Source: Eledone cirrhosa
Lineage: Eukaryota
Assembly (NCBI GenBank): GCA_964016885.1
Contig: OZ024743.1
Location: 179,180,001 to 179,244,000 of the forward strand
Length of the DNA stretch: 64,000 nt
Reading direction: 5' to 3'
The first letter of the stretch is position 1. Every line of letters starts with the position of its first letter. The translations under genes and the position numbers were made by a program. Shown in pieces: positions 11,500-26,125 of the stretch. The notes below the pieces were generated by a model. It was not told where the DNA came from and searched no databases. It was given only the letters and a program-made list of their open reading frames with translations.

Positions 11500-13005
11500 T
11501 ATAGGCACAAGGCCAGCAATTTTGGGGGAGGGAGAAGTCGACTAAATCGACCCCAGTGCGTGACTGGTACTTTACTCTATCGACCCCGTAAGGATGAAAG
11601 ACAAAGTTAACCTCGGCGGGATTTGAACTCAGGACGTAGAGAGCCGGAATAAATGCAGCAAAGCATTTTCTCCGACACTCTAATGATTCTGCCAATCCAT
11701 TGCCCTAACACCGCCCTGTGTAATAATAATAATTGTATCTACTTTTGGCACAAGGCCAGCAAATACTCAGTACATTACTGGTACTTTATTTTATCTACCC
11801 CGTAAGGATGAAAGGCAAAGTTCACCTTGGCGGGATTTGAACTCAGACCGTAAAGGGACGTAACTATGCTGTGTAATAATAATTGTTTATACTTTTGGCA
11901 CAAGGCCAGCAATTACTCAGTGCATTACTGGTACTTTATTTTATCGACCCCTGTAATAATAATAATGATGTCTAGTATAGGCACAAGGCCAGTAATTCAG
12001 GAGGAGCGGAAAGTCAATTAAATCAACATCAGTAGGTTATTGGTGTTTATTTTATCGACCCCATAAGGATGAAAGGCAAAGTTAACCTCGGCGGGATTTG
12101 AACTCAGACCGCAAAGGGACGTAACTCTATGCAGCAAAGCATGGTGTCCGACCCTCTACTGATACTGATAATATCAATGATTTATTAGCCACACAGGGCT
12201 CACATTAAAGAAATATTTTATGACGGTACAGGACGATACAGTGTCGCTATTATTTTGTAAAATAAAATCTATAACAGAGACGAAGATAATAAACAAATGA
12301 TAATAATAATAAAAAAAATAATAATAATTTATAATTATTGGCCACAAGGGCCCAAAAAGTGTGGACAATACAATAGGTGGGATTAGTGGGAGGGGGTAGA
12401 CTTAAATTAGTTAAACAAACAAATACCAATAACAAAACAATAACAACAATAAAAATTCCCCAATGGGGAGGAAGATGTCCCAGGGGTTGGCTTAAGAACC
12501 CCAAAAATCATAAACCACCCAACTAATAATAATTATTGTTTCTACTTTTTGATAATTTACTTTTTTATGATTATAATGATAAAGGGATATGGAGAAAAAA
12601 TCTATTATATCGACCTTTTTGGTATCGAATAATTGTTTCTATTTTAGGCACAAGGCCAGCAATTAGCCAGTACATTACTGGTACTTTATTTTATCGACCC
12701 CGTAAGGATGAAAGGCAAAGTTAACCTCGGCGGAATTTGAACTCAGATCATAAAGGGACGTAACTCTATGCTTCAAAGCATGGTGTCCGACTCTCTACCC
12801 ATACTGCCAATCCTAATAATTGTTTCTACGTTAGGCACAAGGCCAGCAAATTACCCAGTGTATTACTGGTACTTTATTTTATCGACCCCGTAAGGATGAA
12901 AGGCAAAGTTAACCTCGGCGGGATTTGAACTCTGAATGGCAAGGGCCGTAACTCTATGCGTCAAAGCATGGCGTCCGACCCTCTACCCATACTGCCAATC
13001 CTAAT
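11500..13005 (-). mobile_element. Cluster of about 6 tandem Meta-domain-like tRNA SINE copies separated by (TAA)n
   Basis: Repeated ggcacaaggccagc...actggtactttattttatcgaccccgtaaggatgaaaggcaaagttaacctcggcgggatttgaactc. Confidence 0.85.
12335..12525 (-). mobile_element. Orphan 3'UTR fragment of an L1/Tx1-like LINE related to 45041-45200
   Basis: Shares caat.aaaattccccaat.ggg..g and aaggg...gt.gaca with the 45.1-kb UTR, and abuts (TAA)n. Confidence 0.4.
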
Positions 13006-14036
13006 AATAATTAACAATATGTAATTGTTTCTACTATATAATGATTATATAAGAGAGTAGAACATATATCTAAATTCCCAAAGAACTGACTGAGGATGCT
13101 GGCGTTGTTAGTGCAGATGGAAATGTGAGAGATAGAGATGGAGAGGGAGAGAGAGAGTGAGCGATAGAGAGAGAGGGGGGAGAGATAGATAGATATAGAG
13201 AGGGGGGAAAGGGAGAGATACATAGAGAGATAGAGAGAGAGAGAGAAAGAAAGCGAATGAGAGCGAGAGAGAGAGAGATAGGGAAAGCGAGGGAGAGGGA
13301 GAGAGAGAGAGAGAGAAAGAGAGAAAGGGAGAGGGGGATTATGATGACGCCGCTGTCTTTCACAAACGTAACATAAATACTAACTGTTGTAGTACACTAG
13401 CTGATGACGATGATAGTAATGATGCAGACGACGGTAGCTGTATGTGATACTGCTCGCTGTATTTACCACAAAGGAAAGCCTTAATAATGGTTTATTTATG
13501 AGCTATACAGGGTTGACATTAAGCAGAGAATAAAGACGGTACAGTACAATACAGTGTGCTATTTTGGTCTACAAAAATGTTTGTTAACAATAACTTAAAA
13601 AGAAAAAAAAATAAACACTTAAGGTGCAGCATGTAAAAATATGAAAGTACAACAGTAGCGAAGTCTTGTAATTTGGTGTGTGTGTATATATATATATATA
13701 TACATACACCTATATATATACATATATCATTATATATATATGTATGTGTATGTGTATGTCTGTGCGTATGTATAAATAATAAACAGAATCAACATGTTAA
13801 AATAACGAAGTAGGAAGTACATAAAGTTATATATACTAACATAACATACGTACACACACACACACACACACACGTAAATACACCCGCACGCACACACTAG
13901 CACATAAACGCACATAAAATATATCAGCACGCTCGAACAAACACTTAGAAACACACACACTCACACACACACACACACACACAATTATATGTACATCTCT
14001 CTCTCTCTATCTCTCTAATTACACACACAAACATAT

Positions 14037-14135
<99 letters not shown>

Positions 14136-14749
14136 TGCATGTGAATGTGTTCTTGCGCATGTGTGTGTGTGAGGTGTTCGCGGTCGAGAGACCGGGAATC
14201 GCCGGAAGAACACACAACAGGTTCGTTCTCGGTGCATGTTGTTTAGGTAGGGAGTTAGTATAGTAATTTGTGAACCCCCCAGCTTTCCCTAGGATGTATT
14301 TTACTTATTACTATACTGACAAACACATGTAGAAGTAATACTGTATTACATGTTCGGCTGTAAATAGTTGCAGCAACAAATATATCAGAACCCCCCCATC
14401 TCCCACCCCACTAAAACTATGTAAAACCAAATCAATAGAAATTATAACAAATATAATAAGAATAACGACCAATAATACTAACAATGACACCGCAACAACA
14501 ACAACAACTACTACTGCAACAGCTACAACAACATCAGCAGCAGCAGTGTCGTCGCAACTCAAACATTGAAAAGTGTACAAGAAGGAAAATTTAACAAACG
14601 GAAAAATCATGTAAGACCCCAAAGTTGCAGTATATTTAATTAGCACTACCACCACCGCCACAACAACAATCGGGAAGTCAAAATACTGAAAATGTTGGGT
14701 AAGCTTTATTTTATAGAAACTTTCTTGTATTTTTGCAGCGTTTTATTCT

Positions 14750-14893
14750 ACACAGACATAGGCTCACAAATATGAACTGTAAACACACACAAACATAAGC
14801 TCACACATTTAAACTGTAAACACACACAAACATAGGCTCACAAATATGAACTGTAAACACACACAAACAGGTTCACACATATAAACTGTAAAC
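14750..14893. repeat. 37-bp tandem repeat, about 4 copies
   Basis: cacaaacataggctcacaaatatgaactgtaaacaca repeated. Confidence 0.85.
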
Positions 14894-15178
14894 ATTTTTA
14901 TTTCGTAGTAGATTTGTATAAACATATAGAAAAGGAGTAGCACTGGAAATGACTATAAATATGCTAAATGTATGAGTTTGTATGTATGAATGTTTGTATG
15001 TATGTATGCGTGCATGTATGTGCATCTATCTATATATGGATGTATGCATGTGTCTATATATATGTATGTGTATCTATATATGTATGCATATATGTATCTA
15101 TCTTTCTATTTCTCAATCTAGGTAGCTACCAATCTACCTAAGTACGTATCTACCTGCATTCCTACCTATCTATCTTTC

Positions 15179-15209
<31 letters not shown>

Positions 15210-15599
15210 CTATTTATCTATCTATCTTTGTACTTGTCCCACTTTTGATGCCCTGGTGGCAAATAAAAGAAACATATCTATCTATCTAACTATCTATCTA
15301 TCTATCTATCTATCTATTTATCTATCTATTTATCTATCTATGAAACTACGTACCTACCTATCTACGTATTTACCGACCTATTCACCTATCTAACTGTCTA
15401 TCTACCCACCTAGCCACCTATATACCGAAGATAATTGCTGTGTATTACACATTGGCCTGTACACATGCTCGACAGACACGAGAGAGAGTGTGTGTGTATG
15501 TGTTTTAAAATTTAAGGAAACTCTAAACAGAATCCAGACTATATTCAGCACGTAACTACACATTAAATAACATCAGAAAATTTTCCAGGTAATAATTAT

Positions 15600-15790
15600 A
15601 ATGGGTTCTGATTTAGGTACAAGGCCAACAACTATGGGAGAAGGGAAATTCGATTAAATTGACTACCGTGTGTTAATGGTACTTTATTTTATCGACCCCG
15701 TAAGGGTAAAAGGCAAAGTTAACCTCGACAGGATTTGAACTCAGAACGTAAAGAGCCGTAACTATATGCCACAAATCTTTGTCGACACCT
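15600..15790 (-). mobile_element. Meta-domain-like tRNA SINE
   Basis: Family core atcgaccccgtaagg.t.aaaggcaaagttaacctcg...gatttgaactcag. Confidence 0.8.
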
Positions 15791-15833
15791 ATCGATATTA
15801 TTCACCTCTCGCTCTCTTTCTCTCTCTTTCTAT

Positions 15834-15904
<71 letters not shown>

Positions 15905-16924
15905 AGTGTGTGAATGTGTGTGTATATACAGACAGACATATAGAGACACGCGCGATCTCTTACACTACATACACGTTCCCGAATCCACAAACACACATTG
16001 CATACGTTCAATCATCCTTCCATCCATCCACCCGTAAGTATGTATGCATATATATAAATATATATATATATATATACACATAGACATATATATATACATA
16101 CATACTTTTAAAGAATGAATTTAAAATGTACAAATACATTATAAACATGCATACACAAACACAACACACAAACATCCGCACATACAACGAGGAAGACTCT
16201 ATCTTGTTCGTTATGCAAATTATTAGTAACGAAATCTCCCTCAAATCACATCACACCTGTTTAACCCTTACAAATACTTGTTTCCAACATGCCCTATGAT
16301 TTTCAATTAATTTCCAAAATATTCCCAATTTAGTAGGAGTGATTTTGTAATATAGTTTTCTTTGGATTATTTAAATGGTGTTTGGAAAATAAAATGTCTT
16401 ATATTAAACAACGAAGGAATGTTTTTAGATAAATATAAACATTTCAAAACAATAATTAAATTTTTTTTTTTTTTTGCCATACAACCAGTAGGAGTTTCAG
16501 GAGTTTTCGTAATATGTACTGTTAGATAATTTATATCTGAAGACAAAACACACATAAAATAGACGGGATAGTCACGACTGGAATACCGTATATTTCAGGT
16601 CTGTTTCATATAGGTCTGAACTGGTGAAACCCTCTACTAAAAAAAAAACAATACAAACCTTGATGTAAACATACAAGCTTATATGCCGGGTTAGGATGTG
16701 AGTGTGTGCCTCTGTGTGTGTGTGTGTCTATGTGTGTGTGTGTGTGTGTGTAGAATACGGTAGCTAGCGTTTGTTATCAAGTTGACGACCGAAACATGTT
16801 TGCCGCAAAGGTGGATTCCGTTGACTATCACCGCTCTATAACTGTTCACTGGCCCATTCGTTGTACATGAACGTCACAACACCTCCTCACTATGCCTTGA
16901 AGTCGATAGAAACTGGTAAACTGA

Positions 16925-17003
<79 letters not shown>

Positions 17004-17148
17004 TATATAGACAACACTAACCATTGAAACGAATAACAGGTATGTGGATAAATATATAAATACCAGGTATGTATAGACACAAACGAGTGCGCGTGTTTGC
17101 ACATACACACACACAAACTTGTACCTCCTTAAATATATAAACTCACAC

Positions 17149-17182
<34 letters not shown>

Positions 17183-17201
17183 GTAGTTAGATAGATAGAT
17201 A

Positions 17202-17297
<96 letters not shown>

Positions 17298-17357
17298 ACA
17301 TAATTGAATATAAAAGAAAAAGTGACTATTTTGAGTTCCTAACTCAATATATACCTT

Positions 17358-17428
<71 letters not shown>

Positions 17429-18050
17429 GGTGTATGTGAACATAAATAAGTATGCAGACAGACACACAAACACACATACACATATATATATATTCGACGA
17501 TCTCTGTTCCAGTGATTCGATCAACAGAACGGCCTTTTCATGAAATTAACGTGTACGTGACTGAGCATTCCAGAAACACATACATCCTTATAGTAATTCC
17601 CAGGAATATTCAGCCACACACATCTCACAAGCGTGACCCTTTCAAATACAGATATATTGCATTCACAAGGATTCAAAATAGTTGACAACAACTCAATTTT
17701 ACTCGCAAACGTTATGTCAACCTATCGCTATTGAAAGGGTACTTGATAAAGAAGGAAGCGTTTGGGTTGGATATCAACATATAATACGTGTAATTTGATA
17801 TCTGAACTATTCGGCTATATCTATCTTTATATGCATCAAACAATCTATCTATGAATATATATGTGTGTGTGTGTGTGTATTTGTGTGTGCACATGCTTAT
17901 ATGCATATATATATATATATTTATGTGTGCACATGCTTATATGCATATATAATATATATAAGTGGAAGGGATATTTAATTTGTTGGAAATTCAACAAACA
18001 TAATTGTTTATAACTGATTTTGGCTATGTCAAAATTTATAAAACACTATG

Positions 18051-18112
18051 TATTTTATCTGATGAAAGCGTACCAAAGTTTTTGGTACCCTTGAAATATA
18101 TATAATAGAATA
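18051..18112 (+). ncRNA. Minimal type I hammerhead ribozyme (same family as 4186, 26307, 26516)
   Basis: tattttat-CTGATGA-aagcgtaccaaa gtt tttggtaccctt-GAAA-tatata-TA-atagaata, inside a ~200-bp insert between (TA)n tracts. Confidence 0.85.
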
Positions 18113-18151
18113 AATGTGGTTTTATAAATATAGTTTCCATTTATTTAATAT

Positions 18152-18270
<119 letters not shown>

Positions 18271-18449
18271 AAAGTTAGTAAAGCATAATCGAAGCACTGG
18301 CTGTAGCTAATCTAACGAATGCAATCGGGATGTGCAGCTAAGCACTCAATAAGTTATATTACCTTAGAGTTATAACATTACGTTTAGACAGCGTTGCAAT
18401 TTGTATGTATATATGTGTGGGTGTATATATGTGTGAATATATGTATATA

Positions 18450-18516
<67 letters not shown>

Positions 18517-18526
18517 AAAAACATGC

Positions 18527-18557
<31 letters not shown>

Positions 18558-18563
18558 TATATT

Positions 18564-18594
<31 letters not shown>

Positions 18595-19261
18595 ATACAT
18601 ATGTGACTGTATGTGCGCGTGCGGATGGTTGTAGAATTGATTTCTTTGGTTGGCGCATGGCCACACGTTAGCAAGGGGTCAAGCATACGCGATCAAATTG
18701 ATTATGGTAAATGAGAAGGGGGTAGATCAATTTTTTTTTTCTATTCATCACATTCTTTCAAGTTGATGAAAGTCAGAATGGGGCACAACGAGACTTGAAC
18801 CTGGAAGTTACAATAACAGGACTATATATCTATAGGTTAAGTTGGAACACATTATCTTCATCATGTATGTATATTATTACATTTCTGTGACCTGTATGCA
18901 AGTGTGTGTGTGTGTGTATGTGTGTGTGTGTGTGTGTATGTGTGTGTGTCTGTGTGTGTGTGTGTGTGAGTTTAACTGTACTCACAAAAACATATGTATA
19001 TACACATATATCTAAATGTGTATATATATATATTTGAATTTATACATAAATATGTATACATACATATATATTATTTCTGATTTTTGCGTTTCGCTTCGCT
19101 TTTCCTGCCCGCCGAAAATGCGATTCTCGCTTATTCTTTATTTGTACATATATATATATATACATAAATATGCAAACACATACATATATCACACACATAT
19201 ATTTGTGTGTGCATATACCCCCCCACCCACCCACACACACACTCACCCCACATACACCCAC

Positions 19262-19305
<44 letters not shown>

Positions 19306-19320
19306 CTGCGAGAAAAGGGT

Positions 19321-19370
19321 CTTGTTATCCTGGAGTTTCTCCTGTTTATCACAGGGTCATCAGATTAAAA
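19321..19370 (-). ncRNA. Degenerate hammerhead motif
   Basis: Minus strand reads CTGATGA-c cctgt gataa acagg a-GAAA-ctccagga-TA. Stems I and III pair poorly. A related fold-back copy lies at 30213-30258. Confidence 0.45.
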
Positions 19371-19717
19371 ATAACTATAGTAACGAGTCTTAATATTTAG
19401 CCTTAATAAATGACTCCAGTTAAAAGGGGAGTTGTTAAGCATCTGAGTAAGATAGTTGTCCTGCTGCAACTAGTGTTTACAGCAAGGTTGTTGTACCAAG
19501 TTCGTTACTTTCACTATTATTATTGTAAGAGGTTAACTTTGCCTTTCATCCTTACGTGGTCGATAAAATAAAGTACCAGTAATGTACTGAGTAATTGCTG
19601 GCCTTGTGCCTAAAGTAGAAACAATTATTGTAAGAGGTATAGTTGGTAATGAATTACTTGATATGTTGATATGTTAGTTTGGCCTAGCTATTTACTGATA
19701 TTACTACCTGAATATGC

Positions 19718-19970
19718 ATCGTTTAGTGGGTAGAGAGTTAGCTTGGAATTCGTGAAGTGCTGAGTTCGATTCTCCTGCCGGGTAATGTGTTGTGTCATTG
19801 AGCAAGAGATTTATTTCACGTTGCTCTAGCCGCGTCACCTAGTGGTAAGGGAGTTGCACTTAAAACCTTAACACCGTGGGTTCGATTCCTGCACTGTGTT
19901 GTGTGTGGTGTTCTTGAGCAAAGCACTTTATTTCACGTTCCTCCAGTATACTCAACTGAATATGAGTAGC
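19718..19970 (+). mobile_element. Two tandem tRNA-derived SINEs of a second family (gtgtc/ttcttgagcaag.cactttatttcacgtt)
   Basis: A-box tagtgg, B-box gttcgattc, body shared with 27877-27995 and ~30920-31050. Confidence 0.7.
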
Positions 19971-20700
19971 AGAAATAGCTTAGGGTTTAACCCTTTGATG
20001 GAAACCGAGATAAGTACCAGACTGATGAGCCTCCGGCCTCGAGACAGACCTTAGACCAATTCACTCAGGTGTAGAATATGATGCAGCGTCTCTTGTGCCA
20101 AGCTGCATCAGTTTTTGCATTTCCGTTTTACAACATCGGTGGCATGGAGAGAGGAGATTCGTATGAATAGGGGACTGCTGGGATTTCTACAATAATAACT
20201 TGCCCGGTTTTGTGTCCGGGGGGGGGGGGGGGGGGGTTATCTACTTAAAAAACAACTGACCTTTCGTTACAGGAAGAGGTCTTTTTTTTTACTACATGAA
20301 TATCTATTGACTTTCCTTACTACCTGAGTATACCTACTGCTTTTCTACCTGAACAGCCATTTACTGAACTTATTACCTTAACAAATATTCACTGACCTTA
20401 CTACTTGATTACCTCTGAACTGCACTGAATATCTACTGACCTTGACATCTGATTACTGAACTTACAGCTTCAATATTGACCTTGATACCTGAGTATCTGC
20501 TGAACCTGCTACCTGAGTATATATTACATTTCTACCTGAATATATGGCCTGGAAACTTGGGTATGAACTGACCTTAGCACCTGAAGACCTTTTTACTGAA
20601 CTTACTGTTACCTGCCGCTATATTTACTGTTCTTATTACCTAAGTACCAAATTACTGACCTCAATATTTACTGTCCTTCCTACCTGTTTATTATTATTAA

Positions 20701-20734
<34 letters not shown>

Positions 20735-20736
<2 letters not shown>

Positions 20737-20970
20737 AGGCGGTGGATTGTCAGTATCGAAAGAGGGACGGACGCCATGCTTTGCAGCATAGAGTTACGGC
20801 TCTTTATGATCTTTGCAGCATAGAGTTACGGCTCAAATCCAACCGAGGTTAACTTTGCCTTTCATCCTTATGGGGTCGATAAAATAAAGTACCAGTCACG
20901 CACTGGGGTCGATTTAATCGACTTTCCCTTCCCCTCAAATTACTGGCCTTGTGCCTATATAAGAAACCAT
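20735..20970 (+). mobile_element. Meta-domain-like tRNA SINE with internal 28-bp duplication, flanked by (ATT)n
   Basis: Family core present; ctttgcagcatagagttacggctc is duplicated. Confidence 0.8.
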
Positions 20971-21007
20971 TATTATTATTATTATTATTATTATTAGATA
21001 TATATAT

Positions 21008-21055
<48 letters not shown>

Positions 21056-21057
<2 letters not shown>

Positions 21058-21213
21058 CGAAGGTGTGTTAAGGGACCATAACGCACCAGAGTACTCAATA
21101 CTTAGAGTAGTAGAGTGGGTAATAGCAAAATGTTTAACCCCGGCGACAGAACTCAGTCCAGAAATAGCCGTCGAAACGGCTTGAGCTCTGCCGTCGGGGT
21201 TAAACATTTTCCC
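21056..21213 (-). mobile_element. Fold-back HHR-tail element, GAGCTC family
   Basis: Tail on the minus strand plus an inverted arm containing GAAA-cggcttgagctctgccg-TC-ggggt, inside (TA)n. Confidence 0.8.
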
Positions 21214-21295
<82 letters not shown>

Positions 21296-21353
21296 ATGTG
21301 CGTGTGTGTATGTGTGTATGTATATGTATTCATATATATATATATATATAAAA

Positions 21354-21907
21354 AAAAGATGAAGTTTGAAATAGCACGGGAGATGTATTTAAGGGTCTGT
21401 TTTTCTCTTTTGATTCGTCAAAGTGACATTCTTGAAAAGATGTTATTAAAAAAAGAGAGGGAACATTTCTTTTTTAAAAAAATGTTCTGAAGTATATAAA
21501 GTATATGAAGAAATTACCGGTTTCGATGTATTAAAATCCATCTTGTCAAATGTGGAGTGTAAAAAATAAAAAAGAGTTAAGAGTAAAAAACGAAAGGCTT
21601 AAAATTAAAATCAAAATCAAAATCGAATTTGATTTTGATTTTGATTTTAATTTTAAACCTTTCGTTTTTCACTCCTATCAACTCTTTTTAATTTTTTACA
21701 CTCCACATTTGACAAGATGATTTTAATACATCGAAACCGGTAATTTCTTCATATACTTTATATACTTCAGAAACATTTTTTTAAAAAAGAAATGTTCCCT
21801 CTCTTTTTTTAATAACCTTATCTTTTCAATAATGTCACTTTGACGAATCAAAACAGAAAAACAGACCCTTAAATATATCTCCCGTGCTATTTCCAACTTC
21901 ATCTTTT
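21354..21907. repeat. ~555-bp near-perfect palindrome with outward-facing HHR-like motifs (21513-21551 -, 21707-21744 +)
   Basis: Arms are reverse-complementary about a centre near 21627. Each arm has TTGACAA-gatg..catc-GAAA-ccgg-TA, but stem I is only about 2 bp. Confidence 0.85.
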
Positions 21908-22056
21908 CTCTATATCCACTGTTTTGTATAGAACCCTTACATCCCTTTTCTAATATATATATATATATGTATTGATAAATATACAAATGTATATGTATTG
22001 GTATATATCATCATCATCATTTTACATCCGCTTTTCCCTGCTTGCAAGGGTGAGAC

Positions 22057-22165
<109 letters not shown>

Positions 22166-23019
22166 ATCTTATTACCAGGTTATCTAGTTATTGACTTTGA
22201 TACCCGAGTATCTAAGGCCTGGTCTTACTACCTGAGTATATATGCACTGCCCTTATCACCTGTGTATCTACTGCCCGCATTACCTCAACATCTATTTACT
22301 ACCTGAATATTTAACACCCTTGCCATCTAAATATCTATTTACTGACCTTCTTACCTGAGAATTTACTATGTTTATTACCTGAGTATCTATTTACTGTTCA
22401 TCCTACCTGGATATCTATTTATTGCTCTTACTAATCCTTCCGAGTTAGAGAAAAGGAAATACTAATGGATTACTGTGTTCGATTTGATTGTGATAATATT
22501 CTTCTTATTCTAGGATTTATAGTTTCGTCCCAAGATCAGAAATCCTTATAACTATTAGTTGACTGAATGTTTAGTGTGTCGAACAAACTGGCTTGCGGTG
22601 TTTAGTTAATTACTAGACCAACCGTGACCTGTTGCATCACGTTCACTTTAACCTTGGTCCGATTTATGCGAAATTTGTTTTCTTCCATTTGTATTCCCAT
22701 TTCAGGCTCAACTTCCTTTCAAAGTCTTTCCCCATTATGCGCCCTTTTGGCTGTATTACAGACAAGCAAGCAGGCAATCACAGAATTTTAGTAATATAAA
22801 GATTACTATTTATGTTCTCAGTTCAAATCCCGTCATCGTCAACTTTAATTTTACCTTTCATCCTTTCCGGCTCGAGGAAAGAAAGTATTAGACCGACAAT
22901 GAAACATCTGCAACCGAATGACAATTAATCAAAAGATAAATACACATAAATAAATAAATAAGTGTTGATGTTCTCTCTCTTTCACTCACTACATCAGTCT
23001 TTCTCGCTCTCCTCAACTC

Positions 23020-23328
23020 GGGTTCAAATCCCGCCGAGGTTAACTTTGCCTTTCATCCTTATGGGGTCGATAAAATAAAGTTCCAGTAATGTACTGCGTA
23101 ATTGTTGGCCTTGTACCAAAAGTAGAAACAATTATTATAAGGGATTGGCAGCATCGGTAGAAATTCAGACGCTATGCTTTTCAGCAAAGAGTTGCGTCCC
23201 TTTATAGTCTGAGTTCAAATCCCGCTGAGGTTCACTTTGCCTGTTACCCTTACGGGGTCGATAAAATAAAGTACCAGTAATGTACTGGTATATTTGCTGT
23301 CCTTGTGCCAAAAGTAGAAACAATTATA
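23020..23328 (+). mobile_element. Two tandem Meta-domain-like SINEs; another copy at ~23680-23875
   Basis: Family core and tail ccttgt(g/a)ccaaaagtagaaacaattat. Confidence 0.8.
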
Positions 23329-24410
23329 AGCAAACGGGAACAAACGCGCTGGCCGCCGCGCGGCCTCGGCGGAAAGAATAGAGAAGGCGTTTTTCCGAAA
23401 GATGGTGAAGGTAACGCTTTGGAAGAACCATTCGAGCTCGTAAGGCTCACACCTGTAGGCAGCCAACTACATGCCGTGGAATCGATATTATCGGCTGTTC
23501 CCCTTCTTCCCAATTGATAACGTCGTGTCGGATTTACAAACAGTTACTATACTCCTTTCTTGACCGATAAAATTTAGTTTCAGTCAAGCAACAAGTTCGA
23601 TTTACATGACTGTTCTTATCACAAAAGTATCTGAGCCTTACGTATATTCAAGAAATCATTATTATTTATATTATATAGTGTGGTGGATTGCCATGCTTTG
23701 CAGTGTAGAGTTATGGACGCCATGCTTTGCAGTGTAGAGTTATGACACCTTTACGTTCTGAGTTCAAATCCCGCCGAGGTTAACGTTGCCTTTCATCCTT
23801 ACGGGGTCGATAAAATAAAGTACCAGTAATACACTGGGGTTATTGCCGGTGTTGTGCTTAATGTAGAAACAATTATTATTTATATTATATATATTTTTTA
23901 CTAATTTTATATAATAGTATTTTTCGTTCTTTATTTCTTTATCTCTTTGTAAATAAATCAAAATGAGGATTATTCAGATTTGTTTTGCTATAGTAGTATC
24001 CGATCTTCGGATTTTTCTTATGTTTATAGTCACCTGATGAATGACTTGACAACTATAAGCAATAGGTTATTGAGATGGTTAACGATAGCTCGTTTGTAAA
24101 TATGGAACGTAACGATAGCCGCATTCACTCACGTATAACAACACATGCACACACACATACAGACAAACAGACAGGAAGATATACACACACAAATAGAGGC
24201 AGACAGTGAAATACATGCATACATACTGAGAGAGAGGCAGATAGATACATGCATACATACGGACAGACATACATATATACACACATACATATAGAGAGAG
24301 TGGAAACGGAAGACGTTCATTATAAGCTAAAATAACGTAATCAGACCGCAAATCTTGTCAAATTTCATAGGTCTAAAATTATATTTATTGTATTCACCCA
24401 TGTAGAGCGA

Positions 24411-24489
<79 letters not shown>

Positions 24490-24534
24490 TTATATATAAT
24501 ATATATATATATATATACATACATATATATATAA

Positions 24535-24579
<45 letters not shown>

Positions 24580-24605
24580 TATATATATATATGTATGTAT
24601 ATAAA

Positions 24606-24670
<65 letters not shown>

Positions 24671-24678
24671 TATATAAA

Positions 24679-24737
<59 letters not shown>

Positions 24738-24741
24738 GCAT

Positions 24742-24773
<32 letters not shown>

Positions 24774-24892
24774 AGAAAGTGAGGGTTTTTTTACAAATTG
24801 AAAAATAACCGAGTTGTCCTACACGAGTGAAAGTATAAAGAAAAAGAGATAAATATATATATTTAAAAAAATATATATATATTTATTTGGTT

Positions 24893-24930
24893 CCTTTACC
24901 GGTTTCGCAGTTCTTCTGCTTTTCAAAAGG
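24893..24930 (-). ncRNA. Minimal type I hammerhead, U3-A8 core variant
   Basis: Minus strand reads cctt-TTGAAAA-gcag aagaa ctgc-GAAA-ccgg-TA-aagg. Confidence 0.65.
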
Positions 24931-26087
24931 TGAGTTGAGATGGAGGGTCTGTGGTTTTTCTCACATCTGGTTGGTCTCTGAATGTTACTTGTTTTATATG
25001 GAAAAAGTGGCTCGAAAGCCAGGTTTTTCGAGAAGTAATTTGATTGGTTTGTCAATAATTATAATAAATTTCGCGCCAGTTCGCGTTACAATAGTTCTTC
25101 AAATAAGAGGGGGGGGGGGGCTGTCACAGGTTGTTTTTTTCATATATGAGTGTTTGAATTTCTTTTTACTTGAAAAAAGGGGCTCACGAAGGCTTTTTTT
25201 TGGTTGGTTATAAATGAAATTATGGCTGTCACGTGAACAAGTTTTCATTAAATATTCGTGCCCTTATTTGGAAATCCCTTCTGTAGCCTTTTTAGAGAAT
25301 TTTATGATAAGTGAAAGATAATGGTCAAGAGAAAGCGATGGGAGAATTGTTCTGGTTCAGTGAATATGGTTAGTTCGCTGGGGTGTCAGAGTTCAGATTT
25401 TCTATTGAATAAAGAAAGTAAAGATATGTATGTTTATTTGTGTGCGTGTGTGTGTTGTGTGTGTGTGTGTTTGAATTTCTTTACTTAAGAAAATAAAAGT
25501 CTTCGTGAGCCACCCCTTTTTTTTAAGTAAAGAAATTCAAACACACACACACACACACAACACACACACGCACACAAATAAACATACATATCTTTACTTT
25601 CTTTATTCAATAGAAAATCTAAACTCTGACACCCCAGCGAACTAACCATATTCACTGAACCAGAACAATTCTCCCATCCCTTTCTCTTCACCATTATCTT
25701 TCACTTATCATAAAATTCTCTAAAAAGGCTACAGAATGGATTTCCAAATAAGGGCACGAATATTTAATGAAAACTTGTTCACGTGACAGCCATAATTTCA
25801 TTTATAACCAACCAAAAAAAAGCCTTCGTGAGCCCCTTTTTTCAAGTAAAAAGAAATTCAAACACTCATATATGAAAAAAAACAACCTGTGACAGCCCCC
25901 CCCCCCCCTCTTATTTGAAGAACTATTGTAACGCGAACTGGCGCGAAATTTATTATAATTATTGACAAACCAATCAAATTACTTCTCGAAAAACCTGGCA
26001 TTTCGAGCCACTTTTTCCATATAAAACAAGTAATATTCAGAGACCAACCAGATGTGAGAAAAACCACGGACCCTCCATCTCAACTCA

Positions 26088-26125
26088 GCTTTTGAAAAGC
26101 AGAAGAACTGCGAAACCGGTAAAGG
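26088..26125 (+). ncRNA. Minimal type I hammerhead, U3-A8 core variant (mirror copy)
   Basis: gctt-TTGAAAA-gcagaagaactgc-GAAA-ccgg-TA-aagg. Confidence 0.6.

Noticed and set aside
16757-16805. HHR 3' half gaaa-catg-tt with cggta/tgccg pairing
   Set aside because: No CUGANGA core.
20020-20060. ctgatga followed by a small hairpin
   Set aside because: GAGA instead of GAAA and no stems I or III.
24030-24090. ctgatga-atgac..gttat
   Set aside because: No GAAA or stem III.
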